Assembly: GCA_904063045.1 (NCBI GenBank)
Contig: CAJFCJ010000005.1
Span: 3,935,689 to 3,999,688, forward strand
Direction of reading: 5' to 3'
Source of the DNA: Dimorphilus gyrociliatus
Taxonomy: Eukaryota; Animalia; Annelida
Length of the DNA: 64,000 bases
Under the pieces are notes generated by a model, which searched no databases, had not been told where the DNA came from, and saw only the letters and a program-made list of their open reading frames with translations. Shown in pieces: positions 13,201-26,174 of the stretch (position 1 is the first letter of the stretch; each line of letters starts with the position of its first letter). The position numbers and the translations under genes were made by a program.

Positions 13201-14353
13201 TGAATGACACTAATGGGAATAAATTGATAGCGTTCAGTCCTCAATTTGTCTACTTCGAACACTATGTTTCCATTGTCAAGAATACATTGTTATCCGTCAC
13301 CGTCTGCATAATAGGAATGCTTTTCGTTGCTATTATGTTCATCCCACATCCAATTTCCATTACGTGTGTTGCCTTATCTATGCTATCCATAGTAATCGGT
13401 ATGTTTGGTCTGATGCATTTGTGGAATGTTGCTCTTTCATCAATAACCACTGTCCAAGTTATCTTATCGGTCGGCTTATGTGTCGATTTCACCGTCCATA
13501 TCAGCCATGCTTTTATGGCTGCAACTGGAAAGAATCGAAATGAAAGGGTCAGCACAGCTTTAAATAAAGTTGGCGTACCAATTCTAAACGGAGCTCTATC
13601 GTCTATTCTTGGTATTATAATGCTAGCTAGTGCTCATTCTTACATATTCGTCTCCTTCTTTAAGACGATGCTCTTAGTAATTGTTCTCGGTCTATTCCAT
13701 AGCCTGCTGGTTCTACCCGTACTGCTTTCCTTCATCGGTCCTAGAAGAACAAGCAAACCGAGAGTATACATACCAATATCTCCTAGCTCTAGAAGCATCC
13801 AACCAATGGAAGCTCCTAGAAGACCTTCAAGTTTGAGATGCTCAAATAATCAGAGGATTTATAAACAAGACAGCAGAGAGGATCAGGAACGTATATCGCA
13901 ATTCATAAATAAATTTAATCAAAAAACAAACACATCATTATCAAAAGAATATTATTATTTATCATTAAATTTAGCTAATTGATCATTTATAATAATAATG
14001 CTAATTAAAAAAATTGCGGAAAACGTTCCTACCAGGAATCTTACACAACTCCAAGAGAAAGCCCCCGCCGACAGTCGATACCATTAGTCAGATTCGATGT
14101 CAGGCCGAGAATCACTCGACAAGACGCAATGGAGGAGAGTAGTATCATTATACATCATGCCCCTAGTTTTCCTCAATTTAACGCTACAACTCAAACGGAA
14201 ACGCCCAGTGGATTAGCGGTTGGTATTCCAAGATCTATTTCGGCTGATGGCCGAACGATTTCACAAGACTCTAGAAGTGATGGTTTCTACAGCGCTACAG
14301 AAGAACTTAATGATAATGATAGTTTCATATCAGCATTTGGCTTCTTTACTTAA
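7283..14353 (+). CDS. PTCHD3: Patched-domain-containing (PTCHD3/PTR-like) RND-family membrane protein, 6 exons, ~966 aa
   Basis: Exons 7283-7503, 7706-8346, 9051-9344, 11505-11769, 12725-13886 and 14036-14353 total 2901 nt and stay in frame. Sterol-sensing TM4 MPFLVLGVGVDDMF and TM10 GLCVDFTVHISHAF, followed by GVPILNGALSS. Four junctions need GC or GA donors (see findings). Confidence 0.9.
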
Positions 14354-15212
14354 ACTTTACCTATTTACCAAATCTATGAGGAATAAAATTCTTTTTGACA
14401 GTTTCCACATTGTTTCGTTTATTCACTAATAACAATAATCGTTTACTATAAGCTTTTGTCAATATTGATTACATTTATTAACTTTTGTGTTTCCTTAATA
14501 TGATTTATACACTATATATATTTTTCATTTTTCTACTTTTACGTTTGCTTTTTTTCTCATTGGTCTTGCCGTTGGATTGAATGCTCAAATTTATCTAAAT
14601 TAACAAGTAACAAGTGCATAATCTATAAATTGTTTAAGAATAAATAGGAATCAGACGGTGAACAACATTTACATGCTCTGTTTAAGAAGAAAGCAAATAT
14701 ATTATTAAAAATGTTCAAATTCATTATATTTATCCAAATTTTATTGGATAAATTAAAGATCTAGAGTAATAAAACAAGTGCGTCTACTTTAATGGCCTAT
14801 CAATATATTTTCTTTTAGATATTCTCATTGTTTTATTCTACTTCGGCGACATGTTTATAGTTTGAATGCAAAAATAATACATATATTATTCAAAAGTTTC
14901 AAAGTCTATTTACTACAATCAGTTTTGATTAGAATTAAGTGATTATGTAATTACTCTAGTAATTTAAAACACTAGGTACTATTCCTATTGTCTCACGGTT
15001 AAATTATTTTTAAATTAGAGAGTTTTGAAGATAATAGGTGGACACTCTTGGGTGACGAAACGTTTTCGTTCACGCATGCGTAAACAGTCTTAATTTTACG
15101 GAAAATCGGGAATTTTTAAACCGGAATATCCGCAAACGCCATAGCATCTCGGCGATTTCGATATCGAAACACGCCGATCCGATATTCTATCTATCACAAG
15201 TGTTTGATTGTA

Positions 15213-17132
<1,920 letters not shown>

Positions 17133-17456
17133 CACTTTTTGTTTCGCTATTTCAACATTATACATTGTAACCGAAAATACAGAACTAGGTGTAAAAATTC
17201 AATTTTATATTTGAAACTTAACCATAACATATTGAAAAGATTGTTCATACATGTACGAACTTATCTATGCTACAAGCTAGAAGCGATGATACGCAGCATT
17301 CTAGCCGTTTGAAACCGTTGAAAGGTTATATTTGTGTAAATGATTCAAATTCGACGAATTTGTATTAATGTAATATACATACTATATTTTTCTGAACAAA
17401 ACATTAGACCCAATAAACGTTATTTAAGATATTGCCTTGAAGAACAAATTAAGATT

Positions 17457-19215
17457 TCAGTTTGTTTGAGCTTTGCACTCGTGATTTTGAACGGCTGTAA
17501 AAGATTGATCACGAAAACGACAGTGCAAGCACTCGTATATTTCTGCAAGATATTCGTTATCTGTCGCTCTTTCAACTTGCAGTACAGCCTCCGCCACTTC
17601 AGACTGTCCTTCGTCCACACCAATTCCTGATGCGTTTGTTTCCCTTCTTTTCCTTTGTTTGGGGTTTTTGAGATCATCATGCGTAACTATCATATGACAA
17701 GAGTCTTTGTAAACTTCACTTCGAGGAATTCGAACTTCGTTTATTGGCATTTGAAACACTTCATCTGTGTGATCTCTCTCACCAACGCACAAAGGTGCTT
17801 CTTTGTCAGGATGATGGACACGAGCGTGATTTCGAACCTATTAAAACAAGTTACAATTTTCTTAAATAGTACACAAAAAAAATTGCAGTACAAACTTGTT
17901 CCGGCCTCATGAAACTCTTACTGCAAATCACACAAAAATGCATATGTGTTCTTATATGTGAATAGATGTGGCGTTTTGTGCACGAAAGAGCTTTAAATTT
18001 TTTATCACAAACAGGACATGGCCATACAACAACAAATCCGTCGTCTTTATTACATATTTTACGAATTTTACTCTCAGGGGCTCCAACAATCTATAAGTTA
18101 TTTAAAACTAATCAGTATTGACTGAAATATTGGAAGAATTTGTCAGCTAACCGAAATTTGATTTAATTTCATGTGGTTATGGACTGATATTTCTGGAATA
18201 CCTATGAAATATTTCAACTCGACTTGGTGGTATCCTTTTAAATATTCATCGACTTCTTCGCATAGAGCTTTATACTCTTCGAGACAACTTAAATCTTCTT
18301 TGTTTTTAGTCTGCAAAAATTTTTGAGAGCTTAAAATTAAATTATCAATTAGAATTTTTATCCTACTTGTATATCGGGAAACGTAATAATCTGTTTAATA
18401 AAAATTTTAGCTTCACAAGATGTTTTCGTGTCCATTTCTGAACATTTGTAGTCTCTCTTTCCAATAATCCAAAAAGGTGTGCTGTTGAAAGGATACCAAT
18501 ATTGGTTGTTATGTTCCGCTTCCCAGAAAGTTTCATGACTTTTTTGAGCCCAACTTATATCTTCTGAAAGCCAAAAAGAATTTACATAAAGAAAACCTAA
18601 AAGATATGGTGTAATTATAAACACTAAACCTTGGTGAAGTATCTCGTCAAATTCTGTCTTATAAGTGAAGCCGTTACTTTCGCAATGCTGTTTTATTTGC
18701 TCTTCACAGTCTTCAATATTTGAACATTCGTACCAAGTAAATCCTTCTGCACAACTGCCCCTTCTCTTGTTGGCTTTCTTTTCAGTAGCCTTTGGTTTAG
18801 TTGGACTAGGCTCAGTTATTTCTGATGAGGCTTCCGAGACACTACTTGAAAATTGCTGGCCAACTGCTGCTTCAATAGACGAGCTGTCATATTCTGTATC
18901 GCTATAGTCAATTTTACGTCGCTTATTTTCACTAAAATGAATTAATTGAGGTTGATTTGAGAAGCCAACGGAAAACAAAGTCACTTGTTTATCGACGGTA
19001 TCACTTTTGTCGTCTACTTCATATGCTTCAGTATGATCTGATATCTTTTGCTTCAAATAGTATTTTTCTCCATCCTTCAGATTATTTACATTTAAAAAAC
19101 ACTCTCCATCATACTGTATATGATAATTTTTTAATTTTTGTTTAACATTTCGATTAAATTCAGTTATTAAAGTCTCTAACTCTACTTTTAGATCATCTGA
19201 CGATTCAGTGGTCAT
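17457..19215 (-). CDS. CaRF-like DNA-binding domain plus C2H2/C2HC zinc fingers, 4 exons
   Basis: Exons 19215-18367, 18310-18152, 18090-17896 and 17837-17457 are all phase 0, GT-AG. YPFNSTPFWIIGKRDYKC...CEAKIFIKQIITFPD...YFIGIPEISVHNH resembles, from memory, CaRF (IPYDGIPF...CPARIYIKKVQKFPE...YVQLPTQQAH). It is followed by CPVCDKKF..HIYSH, CVICSKSF..HARVHH and CLHC..HEC fingers. Confidence 0.75.
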
Positions 19216-19639
19216 AATTTAACTAAATATATATAATAGCATTTGGTATTTCACAAAAGAAAAACAAAATCCGAAAGAAAAGGAAAAATTAGAATTCGTT
19301 TTAGAATTGATCTATTATCACTCACATCAGAAGATGTTCCATTTCCAGTAAACGGATTCCATAATAAAAAAACTCGGCGTTGCATTTCCGTTTCCGGGTA
19401 CAAAGTGTTCGATGAAATTCGTAAGTTCACATTTTTGTTTCTTAAGAAAAGCTGCGTTTCCAAATGCTTTAAATTATAGATATAAAAGATTCTAATATTA
19501 CGTTAGTTACTCTAGCCTAAGGTCAGGTTTCTTTGTTTAACGGTTTTTGACTGTTTTAGGAAGACAAGAACTAATGAGAATAGATTATGAGTACATAATG
19601 TTATAGTAGCGTTCCTAAATTCATTCTCGTTACAGAATC

Positions 19640-21808
19640 ATGAAACATTCAGATATTCATGATCTGATTCGGCCTGTTTTATGCGAAAACATCATAAAAA
19701 CCTGCAAGCAACGTTTAGCAGCATCCAGTCCAATTTTAATACAAGGACTTATTGGCATAACTCTAAGCAATGAAGATGTTATTCTGGTAAACATAAAGTC
19801 TACCATAGATTGCAATGAGGAGTTTGAAACGCAAACAAACCGGGATAGTAGGTCGTCTTCCCCCACATTCGTCCATAAACGAAAAGGCAAATACCCTCAA
19901 AAGATTCTCAGGCAATTTGATGCAAGATCCCCCTCACCTGAGAAATTAAGTGATTTAATCACTTGCGATCAAGATGTGGCCGTAAATAATTGCCAGCGAT
20001 CTTTGCTCACTTCGCCAATAAAAGCCAAGCGAAAAAGAAAATTTAAACGAGAGGCATCAATCAGTAGTCAAGAGTCGGTCTCCGGCATTGCTGACACTCC
20101 GGGTAAATCGAACTCAGATTCATTTTCTACTATTTGTAAAAGCATAGAGCCATCCGATGGTGACGTGAGAAATCTAAGCGATAGTGATAATGGCGACGAA
20201 GATTCTATTACAACCTCTTCAGCATTAAACCTAAATGCGGTATGACTACTCCCCTTTTAGTCTATTGATTGAAATATTTACTTACTCTTTTGCAACACCT
20301 TACAGTTGTCTTCCCAAGCGTTTAATCCAGAAGTGTGCTGTCCTATCTGCTTGAAAGAGTTTTCGAACAAGGGCAACTTAAGAAGACATTTGAAACATAT
20401 CCATGATTATGGCAAAGACAAGACCAAAGAGCCAAATGTAGTCGTTTTATTTTCTTACTAAAAGTATTTTTCTATTTATCAGTGTTATATTTTCAGATTG
20501 AGTTGCCTATTGTGCCTATACCAACCGTCCAAACACCACAACTATTAAATCCTCCAGTAAGCCAAAGTCCTCCATGTACTATATGCGGTAAAATTTTCTC
20601 GAACTATGGAAATTTGCGAAGGCATATGAAATTGCATGAGGGTGAGAACAATATTGGTGATAATTCTAAACTTGAGGTTGTAATGTTTTTCTTCTTGAAT
20701 AAAGTAGTTAAGTAATTTATTGACTTTTTATTCACAGAAAGTAAATTTTGCCGCTTTTCAAACTCACACCTGTCCAAATTGTTCAAAAGAATTTTCGACT
20801 ATGGGAAATTTACGAAGGCATATGAAATTAACTGATGGATGTAGAGAAAGTGGACTTATGCCTGTAACTAATAAGGTGCGTATGTCGTATGAATGAGAGT
20901 GTTTCTTGGAATGTCGTTAATTAATTTTGTTGCCAATGCCTAATTCTCCTTGCAATAATATTTTCTTTTAGAAACTAGCTAGAATTAAAATGGATTCTTT
21001 ATCCATCTTGCTTGGTGTTTAGCACATATGCACTCTAATATGCATGTCTAACACTAAGACCTTTATAGGCATTCTATTATTTACTTTTGTGTGTAGCTTT
21101 AGTTTAACATAGACTAGTAAACAGAATTATTCGTGTGATGAATGTGGAAAGAGTTTTGTAAACGGAGGCAATTTGAAGAGGCATCAGAAAACTCACAATA
21201 ATCAGAAGTATGTTATCTTTTTCTTTCACTAGCTCACTAACATTGGTGTTGTGCTCTTGATTTTTCTATTTTTCACATTCTGCTTAGTTTAATTGACCAA
21301 TCGACCTCCGGTTTACCAACCATGTTTTTCTTTTATAAAATATTTTCTTTGAATATATTAACGCAGGGAGTTCAAGTGCACTCTATGTGATAAAGAATTT
21401 CATAGACGAGATAAATATCTGGAGCATATGAAAGGTCACTATCCAAGCCATACAGACGAAATAGGAGATCGACAGGATGAAAACGAGTCTGATCGTTTCG
21501 AGGATGGTAACAAGAAACTAATTTGTGCTATCTGCTTTACTGAATTTGAGGACGAAGGTAAACTGCGGCTACACCATCTTCAAGCCCACGCTTTTAGCAG
21601 GTAGGAACAAAAGATTTTCTTATCTCTACTTAAGAGATATGTCTTGGCATGGCTTAATCATCATCCAAATAGGGCTGCTAGAAAACCTAACGAAGATAAT
21701 ACTAACTTAGGATCCCTCAAGATGGAACAAAACAGTGAAGAAGACAATGACGAAGAGACCAACGATGACGAAGAAGACGATGGGAATAACATGGAACTCG
21801 CTCAATAA
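19640..21808 (+). CDS. C2H2 zinc-finger protein (6 dispersed fingers) with conserved N-terminal QGLIGITLSNEDVILVNI domain, ~7 exons
   Basis: Exons begin at 19640, 20306, 20497, ~20738, ~21113, ~21367 and ~21671. Fingers CPIC..HLKHIH, CTIC..HMKLH, CPNC..HMKLTDGC, CDEC..HQKTH, CTLC..HMKGH and CAIC..HHLQAH. Acidic tail, stop at 21806-21808. Confidence 0.85.
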
Positions 21809-22250
21809 ACAATTCATTTAAATTTTCGAAAATTTGTTTTTGTTACCTCATATGATGTTATTTTTTTAATCCTTTGCAATGCAAAGTGAAAAACAGAATT
21901 CTGTTGGCTCAATTATTATCATTCCGCTCTGATTTGTTATCGATTTTGTGTTTAGTAGCGGATTGATTATGTAGGTTAAAATTTTTAGTTTGTCCATTAC
22001 AATTTCGATTGTCAACTTTACATATGACGGTCACATGAACGATTCAGGTGTAATTAACTATTTTAGGTTCGGTGTTGGATTATTTGTTATAAAAAATATT
22101 ATGTAAATGACGAGTATGTTTCTTATTGATTTGTTTGCTTTTTGCGACTGACGTGAACAACTCGCATTACTTTCTAGTCTCAAAAATTGTTTGTTTGAAG
22201 AAGACGACTAGCTTTTAAAATCCATTTAAAATAAAAATTGACAAATAATT

Positions 22251-23858
22251 TTATTTTTGGATATTAGATTTGTCGTCATCAATATCAATTAATTTATCAG
22301 ACTTATCGCCACTCCTCGATGATTCTGAATCGTTAAATCTTGCATAATTGTTCAAGCTTGTGTCAGGTGAGTTAAAATTACATGATTCCCCTAAATCAGA
22401 GGCGCTACCAATTGTTGTCGTGTCATCAGCTAACAGCGGCGTTCTTTCTGAAGCAGGTGCAGCGTCCGTAGGTTTTGATCGAAGTGGTCGGGTAACTCTA
22501 GTACCAACTGTGCGTACATGATCTACAATATCGTCACGAACGTCTGAAACGTCCCACATTGATAAGAAGGATCTGCAGCAATCCTGAGGCTGATCTTCGT
22601 TGATGTAAGGTGTATGTGAGAAAGAATAGTAGTGAGCAATTGCTGCGATGAACATTTCTATACATATAAGGAAGTCCTGTAAAAAGTAATTGTTAAAAAG
22701 AAATAAACTTTCAAAAATAACTTCAAGAACCTGGAGACTGTTGGCTATATCCTTCTTTTCCAAACCAAGTTTTGGTTGAGCTTTAATAACGTTAGCTTTT
22801 GCCAATGCTGCTATTACAACATGTTGCCAAAATGACATGAAAATAACTGCTTTAATGCAAAGAAATTTTGAAATTGGCTTTAGAGGTTGCAATTGATGTT
22901 TTGTTGCAGTGTAAAATAATACTAAACAATACATAGCCCACTGTTATAAACAGTATTAAGTATTAATTATGTATATACGATATAACATTCTTTACTTTAC
23001 CGCTTGAGACAGATTGTTAACAAATGTTAAATAAATCCAAGCTGATTTAAAATTAAAGTCTCCTTCGTGATATTTGCCACACATTTGACATATACTTTAA
23101 AGAGATAAAGGGCAAAGATTTCAGAAAAACTGCTTTTTAAAATAACGTTTTTACTTACAAAGCTATTGCTGTAGTAGCCGGCCTTAGTACTGTATATTGA
23201 AGAACTCCATGTTTGCAATTCTCAATAATTGGTCTAAAAATAGAGGATTAAATGAATACACATGTATTGAAAAAATACATATTTTTATCATTGTTTATTT
23301 TCTTACTTTCCCATTTTCCACGGTTTGAATAAGCAAAGAGGGAATATATGCTTTACTTGTTCGCTCATTTGAAGATCTACTTCAATGTTAGGAACACTCT
23401 CGTTCAGATAGGTTAATAAATAACTCATAAAATTATAAATAACATATGCTTCATAGCATTCCCTCAAAGTATCCAAGTAAATTGCAGATGAAGGAAATTT
23501 CAATGCAAACCACTGAAATTTGTTAAGTTTTCATTAATAATTAATCTAATCGAATCAATAAACTTAGACAACTTACTGCATTCAATGCATATATCGGAAC
23601 CATCCATAATATCCTAATGATATACTTCTGAAGACTAGGATGATTGTAATTGACCAAATGCTGTAAAATACCCCAAAATGAGATGGGAAGTGCCATCACC
23701 ACAAACATACCTCCAATGAACCACGCTTGAGTATTTTTGTGTGTTCCATGTTGGTTAAATTCGATAATCATTAGTGGTAAAGCAACTATGAGCAGGATGA
23801 GGTATATTACCATAACGAAAGGCCTTATCCAGGACCTCCATGATGTCAGACATTCCAT
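22251..23858 (-). CDS. TMEM184C: Transmembrane protein 184C (OST-alpha/TMEM184 family)
   Basis: [16 protein letters not shown]...[45 protein letters not shown] and [25 protein letters not shown]; GT-AG introns throughout. Confidence 0.93.
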
Positions 23859-23996
23859 TGTGAAATACTAGTCAATTCTATTAAACTTTAATATATATAT
23901 ACTTCAGTTTCTATAGATAATGTGGTAAATTAGTAGAGAAACTTAAGAGATTTTTGTATCGTTTACTATCCATTCAATTGTTTTCATCTTGAAAAA

Positions 23997-24006
23997 ATCA
24001 CGTGAT
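23997..24006. promoter_or_regulatory. Palindromic E-box ATCACGTGAT (CLEAR/USF-type) ~140 nt upstream of TMEM184C
   Basis: Exact sequence seen; TCACGTGA is the MiT/TFE and USF core. Confidence 0.45.
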
Positions 24007-24226
24007 GCTTACTATTGAAAATTACTTTACAACTCAATATGGAGCTTAGTAAAACTGTATAGAGCGCCATTTTTGTTTCTCAAAATGCTTCATACACTAA
24101 AATTCAAGTTTTTCCTTACGTATCATATTAAATATAATCAGCAAAAAATGAATTGAAACCCTATGTAATAAAAAACTAGCAAAATAAGCAAGATTTGTAT
24201 ATATAACATATACATATATTATACAG

Positions 24227-24230
<4 letters not shown>

Positions 24231-24256
<26 letters not shown>
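24231..24256. repeat. (TA)n microsatellite
   Basis: Direct reading. Confidence 0.9.
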
Positions 24257-24261
<5 letters not shown>

Positions 24262-24324
24262 TATTACATATATACTAATACTTATGAAACTTTACAAAAT
24301 ACAAGTGTGATTCTTTTATACAAT

Positions 24325-25953
24325 TTATTTTTTAACAGTTTTTTTTTGTTTAGTTGGATCATATGAATAGGTTTTTTGTATAGGAGCTAAACCAGCTTCT
24401 TTGAAATTGATGCTATCTACTCTTTGCCTATCTTCAATCTGAGCGGCAACTTTCGAGTTTTTTATTGCTATAATCAAAGAATTAAAATGATGTTAGTTGA
24501 ATGAAAAGTAAATAAAGTATATGAATATTTATTCTTACAATCTTTAAAGCCTTCCATAAACTTCTTTTTAGGTATACCAGAATTTTCATGTTTAACCATG
24601 ATTGGTATATTAAAGAACTGTCTAACATTGGGTATTTTCAAGAAAAGTACTTGAAATAATGATATAGTATTTGATGTAAACCAATAACAAAGCATAGCCT
24701 AATTGGGAATTCTCTTTAATGTCTAAATAAATTATAATTTAGTTGTTTACTTACCGTTGGGAAATTAATAATAAACGGAAATACAAAAATTGGCATTGCT
24801 CTCATAACCATCCTCATTTTAGGATTTAAAGCTGTTGATTTCACTCCATCAACGCCTAACTCAATTGTTGCCATAAGTGTTGCGCAAGTTAAGAAAGGAA
24901 GAGCGTAAAAGGGATCAACAACTGTTAAATCAGTAAACCACAGTATTCCTCCTGTCTTCAAACTGTCCACCGGTAAGTTAGCCATTTGTCTTACACCAAC
25001 AAAAACAGATAAAAATATTGGTAGTTGAGCTAAGGGAACCAACATTCCTCTTAGAGGTTTTACTTCATTGTTCTTCATAAAGTCCAAAAGTTCTTTGGCC
25101 GCTCTAGATGCTTTTGAATAGTAAAATATAAAATTAAAATATAATTATTCCTTGTATGAAAGATTTAAAATTACCGGCTACTTGATCGCCCATTAATCTC
25201 GCCTTTGAGAATTTGTCCTGGAGTCTTGTCATTGTTGGCATATTATTATGCATGTTAGCAGCATGTTTCTGAGCTTTAACAACCAAAGGAAATAGCGCCA
25301 ATCGTACACAGACAGTTCCTTTAAACATAAAGTAAACAATAAGTTAATAGAAAAGTCTTCATTGTTTAGTATTTATAAATTCATATTTTTCATCTTAATA
25401 TTCTATATTACCAATTACTATTGAGGTCCACCATGGTATATCCAAACCAACGTGTAAAGATTCCAATCCCCATTGCACTAATCCATTTGGTGTCCAACCA
25501 GCTAAACCTAAGCTCTGTAATGTTGGTTCTCCTAATGCAGTCAACACTGATTCTCCAGCATCTTGAATAGGTGGTACTGGAGGTTCGGGGATGTAACCTT
25601 GAACATCCGCTGGGACTGTTTCAGTGGTAGTACTCTATGTAAGAAAACGAAAATGATATAAGCCAAGTTTTTTTTGTGTGAGAGTAAATGAATACAACAT
25701 TGGCAATATTTAAATTCGCTCCATCAGCTTTTGTTGAATTAAATCGAATTGTACTTGCGGTTAGAACAACTACCCGGTTTTTTTGTAGTAAAGTTGAATA
25801 GTTATGGCTTTGTATTGGTCTTGATAGCTGAAATAGAAATAAATATTATTATTATATAACATACTTTTTCCTGATGAGCTGACTTACTGTTCTTGATGAA
25901 TTTATACAATTATAAAGTAGTTTCGAAAAGCAAGCACGAGTAGAGGCCGCCAT
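24325..25953 (-). CDS. OXA1L: Mitochondrial inner-membrane insertase OXA1L
   Basis: N-terminal presequence-like MAASTRACFSKLL, LGLAGWTPNGLVQWGLESLHVGLDIPWW, VRLALFPLVVKAQ, LAQLPIFLSVF..RQMANLPV, GGILWFTDLTVVDPFYALP and YWFTSNTISLFQ. Confidence 0.93.
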
Positions 25954-26174
25954 TTTAGGTAGAGTGGCAAATTGCTCCTCGCATTTTTTTAAGCTTGTTT
26001 TTATGAATAGCAGCCAAGATCAGATTATGGTGTAGTTTCTAGATCACGTGACCCTAAACATTTCTTAAATTTTCAGTAGCTCATTTTATCGTCCACATTC
26101 CGATATCAGACAATTTTTTATTGAAAGCATGAAAGTTATGAAAGATCTGTAATAAAAAGATTATATCGTCCGGA
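25954..26174. promoter_or_regulatory. Bidirectional promoter between OXA1L and CCDC191 with TCACGTGA (26044-26051) and a YY1-like GCCGCCATTTT over the OXA1L start
   Basis: Head-to-head ATGs 221 nt apart; motifs read directly. Confidence 0.55.
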
